This document shows, piece by piece, positions 24,281 to 38,014 of a stretch of DNA of 64,000 nucleotides. Under the pieces are notes generated by a model. The model ran no database searches and was not told where the DNA came from. It worked only from the letters and a program-made list of their open reading frames with translations. This DNA is from Octopus bimaculoides (Eukaryota), in the NCBI RefSeq assembly GCF_001194135.2, contig NC_068995.1, forward strand, positions 56,583,860 through 56,647,859. The letters run 5' to 3'. Every line of letters starts with the position of its first letter. Positions within the stretch are counted from its first letter, which is position 1. A program made the translations under genes and the position numbers.

Positions 24281-25511
24281 AAGACAGAAATACTCATACA
24301 ATTTGCTTAAACAGAAGAACCTAAAAACTTTAGTTTATAAAAAAAAAATAAAGAGATATAAATGAATGTGAATAAAATTTAGTCAGAAGTAACAAGGGAA
24401 TGGAATTTCATTTTGTTTTTTTTTTTCATGAAAATCACGATTATTTAATGAAAAGATTTGTGTTAAATAATCATTAATTTTCTTAAAAAAAAAAAAACAC
24501 CCTTATTCAGAATTACTTGGAACCATTATTAATATGGATACTTAACATAGTTATATAAATATATAATTTTTAATTTCTTTTTTTATTGTAACATAGGTGT
24601 TTTGCATGATGTTCAGAGAAAAGGAAACACTAACAGAAATATTATACATTTAAACGTCCAATAAGAAGAGAGAATTTATTATTATTATTATTATTATTAT
24701 TTACTTTTAAATGAAGGAATTAGTTAAAGTAGGTAAAAGTAAAGTATTTTAGTTGCCTGAAATACACAACAAGTGAAGCTAGAAATTAATAGCCTTGAGC
24801 TATAAGAACAAGCTATGGAACATTAAACTACAAAGAGTAGCAGAACCGAACCATTTTGAATCCATTAACATCATCAAAGAAGAACCAAATCCAGTTTTCA
24901 AAGACAAAGCTGCAGGTAAATCTTCAGATTGGCAGCAGTAAGATAAGCAAGGACTGAAAATGAAGGAACTGATAAGAATGGGAGAAGGGTGGCAGTGACC
25001 GTATATTGAAAGATCAAGGCAGGAGGTAGGAATGGCACACCAGAAGCAATGCTTGCAAGTTTATAAGAGCAAAGAAAGAAAAACAGAAATAACAAGTACT
25101 TTCTCACTATTACAGTTGTTGCACATTCTTTGAGCAGCAGCGGTTAGTTATCCACTGACCATTTCTGTCAATCCTTAAACTATTCCATTCCACTTCTGGC
25201 TTTCAGATTCTTAAACTGTGGAGAAGCAAGTCTATGCCATTAGTAAAGATGTGAGCAGTCTTCAATAAGAAATAAAATTTGAATTATAAAACTTTACGTG
25301 GACAATTTCCTTTGGTTCTCTCGCCAATCTAATGCATGCACAATATATTCAAGTGACTAAAATAGCTTTAAATCCCACAACAAAGTCAGTAAAGGGTCAC
25401 CTGATCTAAACAAGGTAGTGTAACCTTTTAGTATAAAATGCGTTATATTGCACAAGGTTTTAACTTTATAATCTGCAAAAGATATTAAATTTTATACTGA
25501 ATTATTTGTTT

Positions 25512-25567
<56 letters not shown>

Positions 25568-25584
25568 NNNNNNNNNNATATATA

Positions 25585-25618
<34 letters not shown>

Positions 25619-25986
25619 ATTATAACATTATATATATATATTTGTATTATATGTACATTATTTGTCTAATAATATTATGCTTAACAATATATAAATTGCA
25701 TTTTAAGCATTTCTTGGAAGCTTTTTAGAGGCCAATGTGTTAGCCGTGTTGTGTGAAGAGAGAAACTCTAAGTAAACAACATATATATACTGAAATGAAC
25801 ATTCTACTGTTAAGAGTGTGGCTTAAAGCCACTGTAGCTCACCTTGCAGACATGCATGTCTCATTGCTATAGCTATGTACAAACACAGGATAGAGATAGA
25901 GAATCATATACACATTTTTCTATATATGTCTGTATGGGTGTGTGCTTATCCAGATACACATAAATGATGATGATGATGATGATGGT

Positions 25987-26026
<40 letters not shown>

Positions 26027-26070
26027 AACATATACATACATCTGTCTATCTACTTCTATACATATTATGC

Positions 26071-26101
<31 letters not shown>

Positions 26102-26237
26102 CATACATATACACACATATACACAGACACACATAAATTCATACACAGTTTTACTGGTATAGACATACAAGCCTACATGTCACAATCTCCCTAACATTAC
26201 ATATATGTGTACATGTGCGTATGTTTAGACATAATGG

Positions 26238-26301
<64 letters not shown>

Positions 26302-26899
26302 ATATGTAGATATCTATCTGCATATTAGGAATGAGTGAACACAGATATCAAGATCTGTGCATATGTATCTGCATCCCGCCACACTGACACAGCGTCATCA
26401 TCTTCCATGTAACAAGACCTGCCAGTTTCACATCACCCATCACAAACCCAAGAGACATTCTTAATTCTAAATGTCAGCAACAAATGGTTGTGCGATCCTG
26501 AAGGCTGTTCTGCTGGGACACTTTGATACATTACGAAAATGTCTTCTTCGATATAGGTCTGACGAAGAAAAGAACTGAACCAAGAATTTTAACAGAAATT
26601 TATCAAAATAAACTTAAACTCCTGCTATTCTTCAGCAGTTCAATAGAAGTAAAATATTGGACAGTTTCAAAACCTGGAGTTTATCCCAATAGCTTATACA
26701 GTCTTTAAGTTGCATTTGAGTAATATTTCCTTTATATTTCCTTTATATTTCCTTAATGAAGCTGAAATAAAATAATTCCTTTGAGATCTGATAGGAAGAA
26801 TTGATATTAAGACAGGTATTTATGATGAGTCTTAAAGACAGTGTCTTCTTTAACCTATTTGATCAGGCTCTTCATATCTCCTGAATGTTGTCACATCAT

Positions 26900-27750
26900 G
26901 TGATGTACTGAGCTGCCACCATGCTGGAGCACCACTTGAATGGTTTCCTTGAACAAATTAAACCCAGCACTTATTTTTAGGTGTAGTACTTAATCAGTCT
27001 CTTTTGCTGAACTGGTAAGTTATGCGGACATAAAGAAATCAACCCACACACAAATATATGTATGTGTATATATGTGGGTGTATGTGTATAAGAATATGTT
27101 CTAATTCATGCCAGCATGGAAAACAGGTTAAAATATAATGATGATGATGATTACACACACACAAGTTTCTGTCTACTAAATCCACTCAGGAGAAATTGAT
27201 TGGTCTGGGGATATTGTAGAAGACATTTGACCAAAGTGTCTTTGAAAAGAACTGATCCTGAAACCATGTGGTTGTAAAGAAAGCTTCTTCTTAAAGAAAG
27301 CCATGCCTGCACCAATTAATATTTTGAATAATTCCCTAGAATTCTTGTACAGTGGATGAGATTAAAAGCCATGCATTCATTAATCAACCTCCATGGTACA
27401 CGAAGCATCACATAGATGTGGACCCAATAATTTTTTTTTTCTAAATTAATAAAAGCCTGAAATTCATCAAGAGCTATAAATGGTGCAATTGTTCATTAAA
27501 CACACATTTACAGAAAGTTCAAGTAATATGGAACTGTGTGTGTGTGTGGTATGTATGTATACATATCTGTGTCTGTGTTTGCCCCCCACCCACCATTTGA
27601 CAACCAGTGCTGATGTGTTTAGATCCCCATAACTTAGTAGTTCACCAAAAGAAACCAATAGAATTAATATCATGCCAAGTACTGCGGTCAATTCTTTTGA
27701 CTAAAAATTCTTGCAAGCACTGCCCCAGCATGGCCACAGTCAAGATAAAA
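26900..27750. mobile_element. Cluster of family A SINE pieces (minus 26900-27310, plus 27540-27750)
   Basis: ccatgctggagcacc, gaactggtaagttat and aaaccatgtggttg on the minus strand; tgacaaccagtgctgatgtg...ccagcatggccacagtc on the plus strand. Confidence 0.7.
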
Positions 27751-29782
27751 GATACAATCACCATCATTTTAATATCCATGCATCCATGTGTGTCAGTGTT
27801 GAACAAAATATATTGATGCAGATTTTCTACAGCTGGATGCTCTTCCTGTTGCCAATCCTTGTTCCTAAGCAAGCTAATATTTCCCCATGGGCAGACAAGT
27901 TTTTCATTGGAGACTGGAAACGATCAATGTTACATGTATGATTATAATTCTCATTTGCAACCATCATGCAATGTCTAGGTAAGCACACACACACACACAT
28001 CTGTCAAACCCACTCGTATGTGTGTATATGTATGCATGTATGTATGCATTAACCAAAATGATTGCAAATTGATAATCATTGTTTTTATTATCTAATTAAA
28101 TTTTACATGCATTATTTATGTGCACACACACATAAAACAATATGTATATATAGCTTTTATTATTTTATTTTAAAGGTTAATATGGATTTGAACACAACAC
28201 TTCTTCAAAGTATTCAAATGTATTATCTTAATTATAACAGTAATGAATGAGAAAATTATCGTTTTCTTAATAATCTTTTTCAGTTTAAGCACCATAATGC
28301 AACCGATTAAACATTCTGAAGATATGAACAAAAGAAAATCAACTCCATAAAATTCATTCACTCAAACGGATGCCCTTCACTTGTAAAATAACATCATTTC
28401 TGCTGTTAAAAAGAGAAGAAAAAATTAGAAAAGCTACAAAGTGATAATCCATTAGAACATAAAAACACCTCATCGATTTCATTTGAAAATACTAAGATTT
28501 CATATGAAAGTATTGGCAAGACTTTTGCATAATCTAAAGCTGGTTAAGCAAAAACCACAAACAACAGATGCTTTATAAAGCAATATAATTCAAGAAATAA
28601 AATTTACTGAAGCTGAAGTTTACCATTCTGTAAAATAATTTAGAAAGCCATATAGAAAATATCATATAAGCAGGTTTGATTGAACACATGCTTTAAATAT
28701 TATAAAACACTCCATAAAATTTTTATTTAATTTTCATTTTTTACTGGTTCCAGTCATTAAACTGTAGCCATGCTGGGGCATGTTGAAGGGTTTTAGTTGA
28801 ACAAAACAATCCAAGATTTTTTTACTTTCTTTCTTTCATTTATTTATTTTTTTGTTTTTTGTTTTTTAGTCTGTTACTTATTCTATCAGTTTGTATTGCC
28901 AAAATGGTTTCTGAGAAAATATACATCACCCTCCATTACAATATTGGATTGGAAACACAAAACATTTTTGCCCTGATTCTTGCTTGGAATAAATAATATA
29001 ATAACTACGACCACAATATTGCTTCATTTCAGAAGGCAAAGTTGGAATTATCTGAAAACACTGATGTAGCTATGTCCTCTGGTGGTCTGAATGTAAACAT
29101 AAGGGATTAAAGGAAATATGAAAAGACCCTTAATATAGGTGCAGGTATGGCAGTGTGATTTAAAAGGTCACTTTACAACAATGTATACAAGTTCGCTAAG
29201 ACTGATGAGCAATCAATCTTTTTTCCCTCCAGGGACAGAGACAATAGCAAGCTGAGAAGTTTTCCTCAACCAGATATCTATCAAACTATTCATCAATACA
29301 ACTGTTTATTTATTTCAAGCCTACTAACCTAACTACTTAGAATTAATGTGATTACATCAATCCTCACAGTAAAGACATTACAGACCTGCTGTATAGCAGC
29401 TCTATCAAACCCATTGTAGCACGAAACGGTTAAGATGATGCTGCTGCTGCAGCTGGTGATGAATGTAAACACACTATTCTTATTTTCTCTTCCACTATCA
29501 TATATATATACATATATAAATTATGATTTTGTGAAAACCAAACCAAATCCCTAGCATTAATTCAATGATATCAATGTATATTATTATTACAAAAGCTTAT
29601 TTGTCGAGTTGAGAGTTAAAAACCTGTAAGAGCAACATTGTCTGGCTTAGATTTTCACCTTCATAAGTGATTTGCCTCAATAGGATATAATGTAAGTTTA
29701 TTATTTCATTATATAATAAAGAAAGCAATGGACACATCCACCTTGACACTGCCTGAACCATTTATACATATATACATACATA

Positions 29783-29819
<37 letters not shown>

Positions 29820-30111
29820 GTAAAATTGTATAAAATCTTCTTTCTTTTTAATCATTTTATACAAGATTCATAGTTACAGGTTTCATTCATGAGAGAAAAG
29901 AATAATTGTTTACAATATATTCAAGTGAAAAGAAAAAACACACAGATATATAACAAATATATACATATGTAAATAAAAAGTAAAAAGAATAGCTAAAAAA
30001 TGAAAGGTAAAAGCATAAAAAAGATATAGATTTATAAATAGGAAAAAATAAAAGACAAATAATTTATGAAAATATACATGTATATACATATGTGTGTGTG
30101 TGTACATGCAT

Positions 30112-30168
<57 letters not shown>

Positions 30169-30177
30169 CATACACAC

Positions 30178-30208
<31 letters not shown>

Positions 30209-30513
30209 TACAGATAAAAGTAAGTGCTGCAAAGTCACCCACAAAAGTTTGTCATTTAAACACAAAGAAAATGCATTGAGAAACTTAATGGGATTTACTG
30301 AGCTAACAATGCTTCCCAGCAACAGTGAAACAATTGTTAGTGTTGTTGTTGCTGTTGTTGCTGATTTCTCAGGATTAACACTTCTATCTATACCCAACCA
30401 ACTCATCTCGTTTTATTAAACCCGATCCAATAATAAATTTAAACTAAAATAAACTAATACACAAGAAAAATTAGCAACACATACACAGACATATATGTGT
30501 ATGTGTGTGTGTG

Positions 30514-30545
<32 letters not shown>

Positions 30546-32084
30546 ATCAGTCAGAAACAAACAGTTGCTTGAACAAAGGATGTTACAAAATTCACTATAA
30601 ATAAACACCTACAGTAACAACAAAATTTTGTTAATCCCAGAATATATATTTGGAGAAGCTGACCAAGTGAGCTGCTAAAAAGTTTAACATAAGAGCTGCA
30701 TGAATATCAGAAAGGTTACCAAACAATGGTTTGGAATGTCTTGGCTTTCATTTAATTTATTTTTGTTGTAATCTACAAGCAGGACAATCCTTTCTACCAA
30801 ACTTGTAGATTATATTCCAATAGCATTTCAGTTGAACATAGAACGTGAAAGTGGTATTCTTCCTTCAATTGATAGCCAGAGGCAAAAAGCAGCATAGAAT
30901 TAAAAGAAGTTGTTCTGCAATACTGCTTTGTCCAAAGATAAAAAAAAAAAAAAGAGAGAGAGAGGGAGATACAGAGAAAGATTACAGCTTTCAGTAACTT
31001 GTTTATTTTGGACAGTGGACATTGGAAATGTTGGCATCAAGTGCTGCTTTCAACAGAGAAAACAGACAGGAAAGCCATATAGAGAGAAGAAATGAAGAGA
31101 GAGGAAGAGGGGAAAGAGAGAAGTGGGGGATAACTAGGAATGAGCTGGACAAACATTATACACAATAACAGTACAATTCCTGAGCTGTAAAATAAGCAGG
31201 CCAAAGAGAAAATGGGATGAAGCTGCAGATGCCAAGTTGCAGACTGCAAGCGCCTAACCAGAAAATAGCTACAGATGAAAATGTATGAGTATTTACTATG
31301 TTCACGAAATTAAAAAAAATGAAGGCTGGCCTGACAATGGGGAGGGAACTAGTTATAGAGATAGTCATATCTACAAATGATACATTCAGAGTCATTTGAA
31401 TTAAAATCTCTCAACTAATAAACCAACGTAAAGCTTCTTTCTATCATTTTGTGGCCAGTTAAGTAGGTCATTGTTAATTACTATTTCCACATGTTTTCTT
31501 CATATTCACATTATTTTGTTAACCAATCTTTGCCAGTTGCTGTCTTTATAAAATTTAGCTCCAAGAATTCATAGTGGTTTCTAATTGTTTTTGAAGTCAA
31601 TCTCATAAAGTAAGCAGTTTTTTTCTAAGTTCCTATCCTCCCCAAATGTGTAGTTCTGGCTCTTGTCCCACAATGTGGCACCTTGGGAAAATGATGTTTC
31701 CAAGCAAGGTATTATTTTCTCATAGCTATATGTATTTTACACAGAAGACTGGAAACAAACAACCTTACTTGTATGACGATGTCTATTAATGACCATCACA
31801 TGATGGCTAGACAAGGGTACACATGAACACACACACATATATATATGAGCTTCTTTCAGTTTCCATCCATTGAATCAACTCACAAAGCTTCAGTTGGCCT
31901 GGGACTAGTGCCACATCATGGGACTGACCCCAGGACTGCATGGTTGGGAAGCAAGTTTTGGAAGCAAGTGCAGCCATGCCAGTTTTCTACAAAAAAGACT
32001 GAGCCAATTCCTAATGAATTTCCTTTGCCTTTTAGTTGAGTTCATTGCCTAAGATATTCTAAAGTAAAAAAAAAAAATCTTTTT

Positions 32085-32285
32085 TTACTCTAGGAACAAG
32101 GTCCAACATTTTTGGGGATTAGATCAACCAACCCAGTACACAACTGGTACATAATTTATTGATCCCGAAAGGATGAAAGGCAAAGTCAACCTCAGGAGAA
32201 TTTGAACTCAGAACATAAAGACATATGAAATATCGCTAACCATTCCGCCTGGTGTGCTGCGTTTCTGCCAGCTCGCTGCCTTTTA
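32085..32285 (-). mobile_element. Family B SINE
   Basis: gatcccgaaaggatgaaaggcaaagtcaacctc...gaatttgaactcagaac...tctgccagctcgctgcctt. Confidence 0.85.
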
Positions 32286-35200
32286 GTAAAAAAATATTAT
32301 TAACATAATTTCTACCATGATAAGTGATTCTATAAACTTCTCAATTTAAAACATTTGGTAATACCATGTTATGGAATGATGTGTCAATTTTCTAACAGAC
32401 TCAGAAAATTGCAATAAACAAATACATCAATTTAGCAATCATGTTCTATATTATTTTTATTCATTTTGATTCTTTTTATGTTTTCATTCTTATCAACAGA
32501 TTTTTGGCAGCTAAATGGTAACTAAATTTAATTTTAAGCAGCTTCTCTGTATGCATAAGCGTGCATGTGTGTGCACATGTGCATGTGCTTGTGTGTATTT
32601 ATGCAAGTATGTGTGTGTAAAATGAAGTTTTTAAAAAATTGCTTTATCTAAAGCAACCCTGATGCCTTACATTCTTTCAGCTTTTATCTCTGCCTTCAAA
32701 ACACGCTAATAATATTTTATTTTTAAAAACAGATAAAGACATATGTTATACTTAATCATGATGAATGCAGATTATAATTTCTGCTAGAAAACGGCTTTCT
32801 TAGAGTTACTTCTTTAACAAAAAAGAAAAAGAAAAAAATGAAAAAAATATGGGAATATCAGTAGGTAAGAAATCCATGATACTGTTTGCATTCATTAAGG
32901 AATGGTTAAGCAAAGAATGTGGCATTAACTTTTATAAGGTCATCAGAACCTGAATTTTGTTCAAAAACAACTGTACAAGGAGAATAATTGTTTTATAAAC
33001 ATATATGTCAGGTCAGAAACACTAATTGGCAGGCAGGAATTTTGACATTAGCTTAAAACCAAGATAAAGTTTTATGTTATGTGAATAGATATAATTTAAT
33101 GAAGTGATAAGAACATTTTTTTGAAAAACTAGTTATGAGTTAGTGTGTTGTTCCATAACACATTGATTCATTTCTATTTGTAGTTATAGTTAAAGCAAAT
33201 ACTTATAAAATTATTTTCAAATGTAGCACTCCATGAAGAAGAAAGTAAGACAAAATAGAAAAGAGAAACAAAACTTGAATGTCTTCAGACTGTAATTATT
33301 TTCCATCTATAAGAAATGTCATGCTTTGTAAGATGTTTAATTTATTTAGCTCCAGTTATGTCATTCTGACAATTTCTAAAAGGAACGATATAGCCCTATA
33401 CATGGCTACCTAAAATTAGAATTTTGAAGATCTTCTTAATATGCAAACAATAAATAATCCTGTCAAATATTATGCAGAAATGATTATCTCCCTTATGCTA
33501 ATTGGCCACCAGGGAATACCATGTATTTTCATACATAATTTTTGAAAAATATATGATTCAAATCTCACCAGGTAAAGTAATTTCAATTGTGACATTGATA
33601 CTATGCATATCAAAAAAATTAAGCAAATTCCTCATACTGCTTCTATGAAACTTCATTCCACTTCTCTAAATAGTGAGACTGAGGAATTCTTGCAAAGTAA
33701 CTTGGAAACATTTAATATTATATTCCAAAGAAAATATGTTCAGGCTTTATCAGGAGATGACAGTGAAGTTTGCTTTAGCATGAAAGTAGAATTATGAGAA
33801 AAACTCTCAACTTCAGTTTAAAAAGAAAATCCCCATATACATATATATATATGAGGAATTTATTTCAAGTTTCCATGAACTAATTTTACTCACAATGTAC
33901 TGGTCAACCTGCTATAATATAGGAGGACACAAACTGATGGTGTCCACATTATCACCTGGTGTAGATATAATTAATTAAAAAAGATTGTGTAAAAGAAAAT
34001 TTGACAAAAAAGAAAACAGCTCTAAACACCATAGTTTGATATATGCTTTAAGTTGACATGAAATTTAATTTTTTTGCTCTCTTCTGACAAAATAAAGAGC
34101 ATTTCCGTGATATTTAATCAATGTGACTTTTTTCTTTGTTATTAAATGAAACCAAGAAATATGAAAGGCCTAGAAAACAGGATTCAAACTTCATATAATG
34201 AATTCTTAAAGTGTAAAACTATATTACAAGATTAAACACCTTAAAAACTTTAGTGCATAATCTTTAATTATCATGCAATTCAATACAAAATGTAATATGA
34301 CAAGGTGACAACTCAGTCATATACTACAGGATTTTAAAGTTCATTATTCCATGTCCAGTGTGAGTAATGATTGAATTATATCTTTGAAAAGCCTGATGGC
34401 TAAGAAGTAAAATGGCTAAATAGTTAGAGCAATGAAGCCATACATTATGAATTCAGATTGCAACGAGCATTATTTTATGGCCTTGAGCAATTCGCATTAT
34501 TCTTCACCATTCAATTCATCTAGTTATTAAAGTCCTACTTTACAATATTTTATAACAAAGCTAAGAAGAGCAATCAAATATATTTTTTAAAAAATAATAA
34601 AACTGTTTAAAAAATTTCTGAAATATCCAGTTTTGTAGACTGTCCGTAGTACTATAAAAATAAATAAAACAATTTTTGAAAAATTAATGGATATAAAAAA
34701 TAAAATTTCCAAAAATGTCAATTGTGTTCCAGAAGTGTTGCTTCATCAAAAATGCCACAAAATATAATTCACAGAGCATTCTACTAAACCTAGTTTATAA
34801 ATAAAAATAATTAAACATTAACTAAAAACAAATAAATTATAAATTAACAATTTGAAAATTAATTTCTTTTTTTTGAAAAAAAAAATCTTTTATATTTTAT
34901 ATTTTGATAATATTTCTTTTAAACAATTAACTATCATTCAGGTGTTTTAATAACTTTTGGGCTTTAAAAAAAAATATGGATGTCAACAAATCAGAAATGT
35001 TACATGAAGATAATCCTTTGCAAATAAATACCCTAACTCACCTGATTTATAGTTTTGTTTAGTGATTTCAGCTTTGGTAATAGCAATTTTCAGAAAGAAC
35101 ATGTGAATCGTCAAAAATTAAGCATCTTCCAAAATCATTTCTTGTACTTTTATGCATGTAAATTTGAAGAGTGCTAACATTAAATTAAAACAAACAAATA

Positions 35201-35650
35201 ACAGTAAAGAGGAGCCAAACATAAAAGTAAAATAAAATAGAATAAATAAATTCACAATGAGATTAAAAAAAAAAAAAATTGGTCTTCATATGCAGAAGAG
35301 CAATTTTTGAAGCTTAACACATTTTCAACGACTGTACAAGCATTGAATTCAATGACAGGGAATACTGACTACAAAAGCATCCTACGCTATCGATGAATAA
35401 GTTTCCGGTATACACTCAAGTTTGTCTAATACTTGAAATAATAATGATTAGCTTGTTCTATTCAATTGTCAGTCATTATTGCTGTTGTAGTTGGTGGTAG
35501 TTTTTGCTGCTGCTGCTGCTGCCGTTGTTCTTGTTATTTACCAGAATAAAAAAGATAATATAATGTACAAGCTTTGCATGCAGTTCTAACAAAATTGTCT
35601 GCTGACTATGAATGACAAAGTCTGTTGACTAATTAAATTTGCTGCTGCTG

Positions 35651-35683
<33 letters not shown>

Positions 35684-36727
35684 AAAAAGTTTTTATTAAA
35701 ACAAATAATATTCAGTAAACAATTGTAAAGAGTTGTGCATTGGGGGCGGAGGGAGGAAAAATGTGTTTGTGTGTGTGAATATGTATTCTATAAAGACACG
35801 GCAACAGTAGGAAAATGATCAACTTGCTTAAATCCATCAACAAGTAAACATAGTTTAAATTCAAAATGCTAGAAGTGTCAAACATTTCATAATTTCACAT
35901 TGACATCATTCTTCGACTGAGTCTATAATTTCTCTGTAATACAAATCTATTATTGTCTGCTTTATGAATGTATCTGAATATGTATGAATGAAAATTAGGA
36001 AGGAAAAGAAAGAAGCAAACAAACAAAACAAAGCAAATGAAAGCAATTATGAAAGCAGTTGTGTTGATCTTCTTGATTGCTAGCTATTATGGAAGCACAA
36101 GTAAGTCTCTGATGATCTTTCAAAACCCTGAAAGACTTCAAATGACTTGAGATCAATCATGATTGATGTTTCATTCATAGCAATTTCTCGTATACAACTG
36201 AGAAGAAAAAACAGAAACCCAAGTGTATCCCAAAGACAAGGCATCTTCTTAAGAGCCAGAAAAACTTCATTCTTGATTTTTCTGACCTCAAACAATTATC
36301 AAGTATAATTTGAAGAACTGTTTACATATCTTGGTTAGTGCCAATGCTATGAGCCTTGGACCACAACTACCAAGAAGAAAAACATTTTTTAAAAAATAAA
36401 CACAACCTAGTTCATCAATAATTTATTACCCTGAGTCAACTAGAAAGTTTCCATATAGAGATTCAGATAGAAATAGCAGTAACGTATCACTCAAATCACA
36501 CCCTACTGTCTTAGATAAAGAAAGGACACAAAGAACAAAGTGCTCAATGGATTGTAGCCATGCTGGTTCGATTTAATCCTTGGGTGGCATACTTAATCAC
36601 TGAGTTGCAGACTCAAAAACATCTTAGTTTAAATAAAGGAAATATACATATTGTAGCTGTAGACATACTCGTATAATGATGTGATGGTCATGTTTGGAAT
36701 GTCCTGTTTGATTAAAGTTGATCGGAC

Positions 36728-37345
36728 TAAATTGACCCCAGGACTTATTCTTTGTGGGCCTAGTACTTATTGTATTGGTCTCTTTTGCTGAACTGCTAAG
36801 TTACAGGGATGTAAACACACCAACATCAGTTGTCAAGCAATAGTAGGAGGAGGGAGGCAAACACAGACACACACATAAATATCATCATCATCATCATCAT
36901 CATCATCGTTTAACGTCCGCTTTCCATGCTAGCATGGGTTGGACGATTTGACTGAGGACTGGTGAAACCGGATGGCAACACCAGGCTCCAGTCTGATTTG
37001 GCAGAGTTTCTACAGCTGGATGCCCTTCCTAACGCCAACCACTCAGAGAGTGTAGTGGGTGCTTTTACGTGTCACCCGCACGAAAACGNNNNNNNNNNNN
37101 NNNNNNNNNNNNNNNNNNNNNNNNNNNNNNNNNNNNNNNNNNNNNNNNNNNNNNNNNNNNNNNNNNNNNNNNNNNNNNNNNNNNNNNNNNNNNNNNNCTT
37201 TTAGTTTCCGTCTACCAAATCCACTCACAAGGCTTTGGTTGGCCTGAGGCTATAGCAGAAGACACTTGCCCAAGGTGCCATGCAGTGGGACTGAACCTGG
37301 AACCATGTGGTTACGAAGCAAGCTTCTTACCACACAGCCATTTCT
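36728..37345 (-). mobile_element. Family A SINE interrupted by a family C element (36881-37088) and a gap
   Basis: The 3' half at 36728-36870 and the 5' half at 37198-37345 are collinear on the minus strand. Confidence 0.85.
36881..37088 (-). mobile_element. Family C retroposon 3' part with (GAT)n tail; well-preserved copy
   Basis: (CAT)n-cgtttaacgtccgctttccatgctagcatgggttggacg...ctacagctggatgcccttcctaacgccaaccac. Related copies lie at about 8910-8977, 11690-11920, 12470-12630, 20925-21200, 27105-27150, 40275-40330, 51420-51680 and 54815-54990. Confidence 0.8.
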
Positions 37346-37351
37346 GTACCT

Positions 37352-37388
<37 letters not shown>

Positions 37389-37612
37389 ATGTATGTATAT
37401 ATGCACATACAGACACACATTACGGTCACTCAAATGGCACTACATAATCATCCAGCTGATACCAAGAGGAAAAAAAATACAAAACCACAATGTTAAAATG
37501 ATGATAATTAACGACTATGTACACAATGCATACTTGTGGTATTTTTCATTTAATTAGAAGCATTTTTTTTTCCAAATGAAGCTATATAATAAAATTTCAT
37601 TGAGAATATGTC

Positions 37613-37648
<36 letters not shown>

Positions 37649-37983
37649 CACATGAAAATAAATGCTTGCATATGTGTACAAAGGTATACACAGCTGTATA
37701 CACACATACAGAGACAACAGACATATATCACAATACATGCACAATGCATACACACGCATATATGCGTATGTGTAAAAATGAGGAAGTCTGTATGGAGAGG
37801 TCTTAATGTAAATTGAGATTCCAATGTAGAATTATAATTGGTTCTGAGCCAGATATCACTCATACTACATGCTCTAAGTACAGCATGTTGGAAAAGTTCT
37901 TGTTCCTTTCCTGTTTTGAAATGAACAAAAAAGAAAAAAACCCAGAAAAACTGAAAATAAATAAATAAATGAATAAAATAGTA

Positions 37984-38014
<31 letters not shown>

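Noticed and set aside
35042-35175. Minus-strand segment with strong CAG|GTGAGT donor
   Set aside because: All three frames contain stops across the acceptor-donor span; could only be non-coding.
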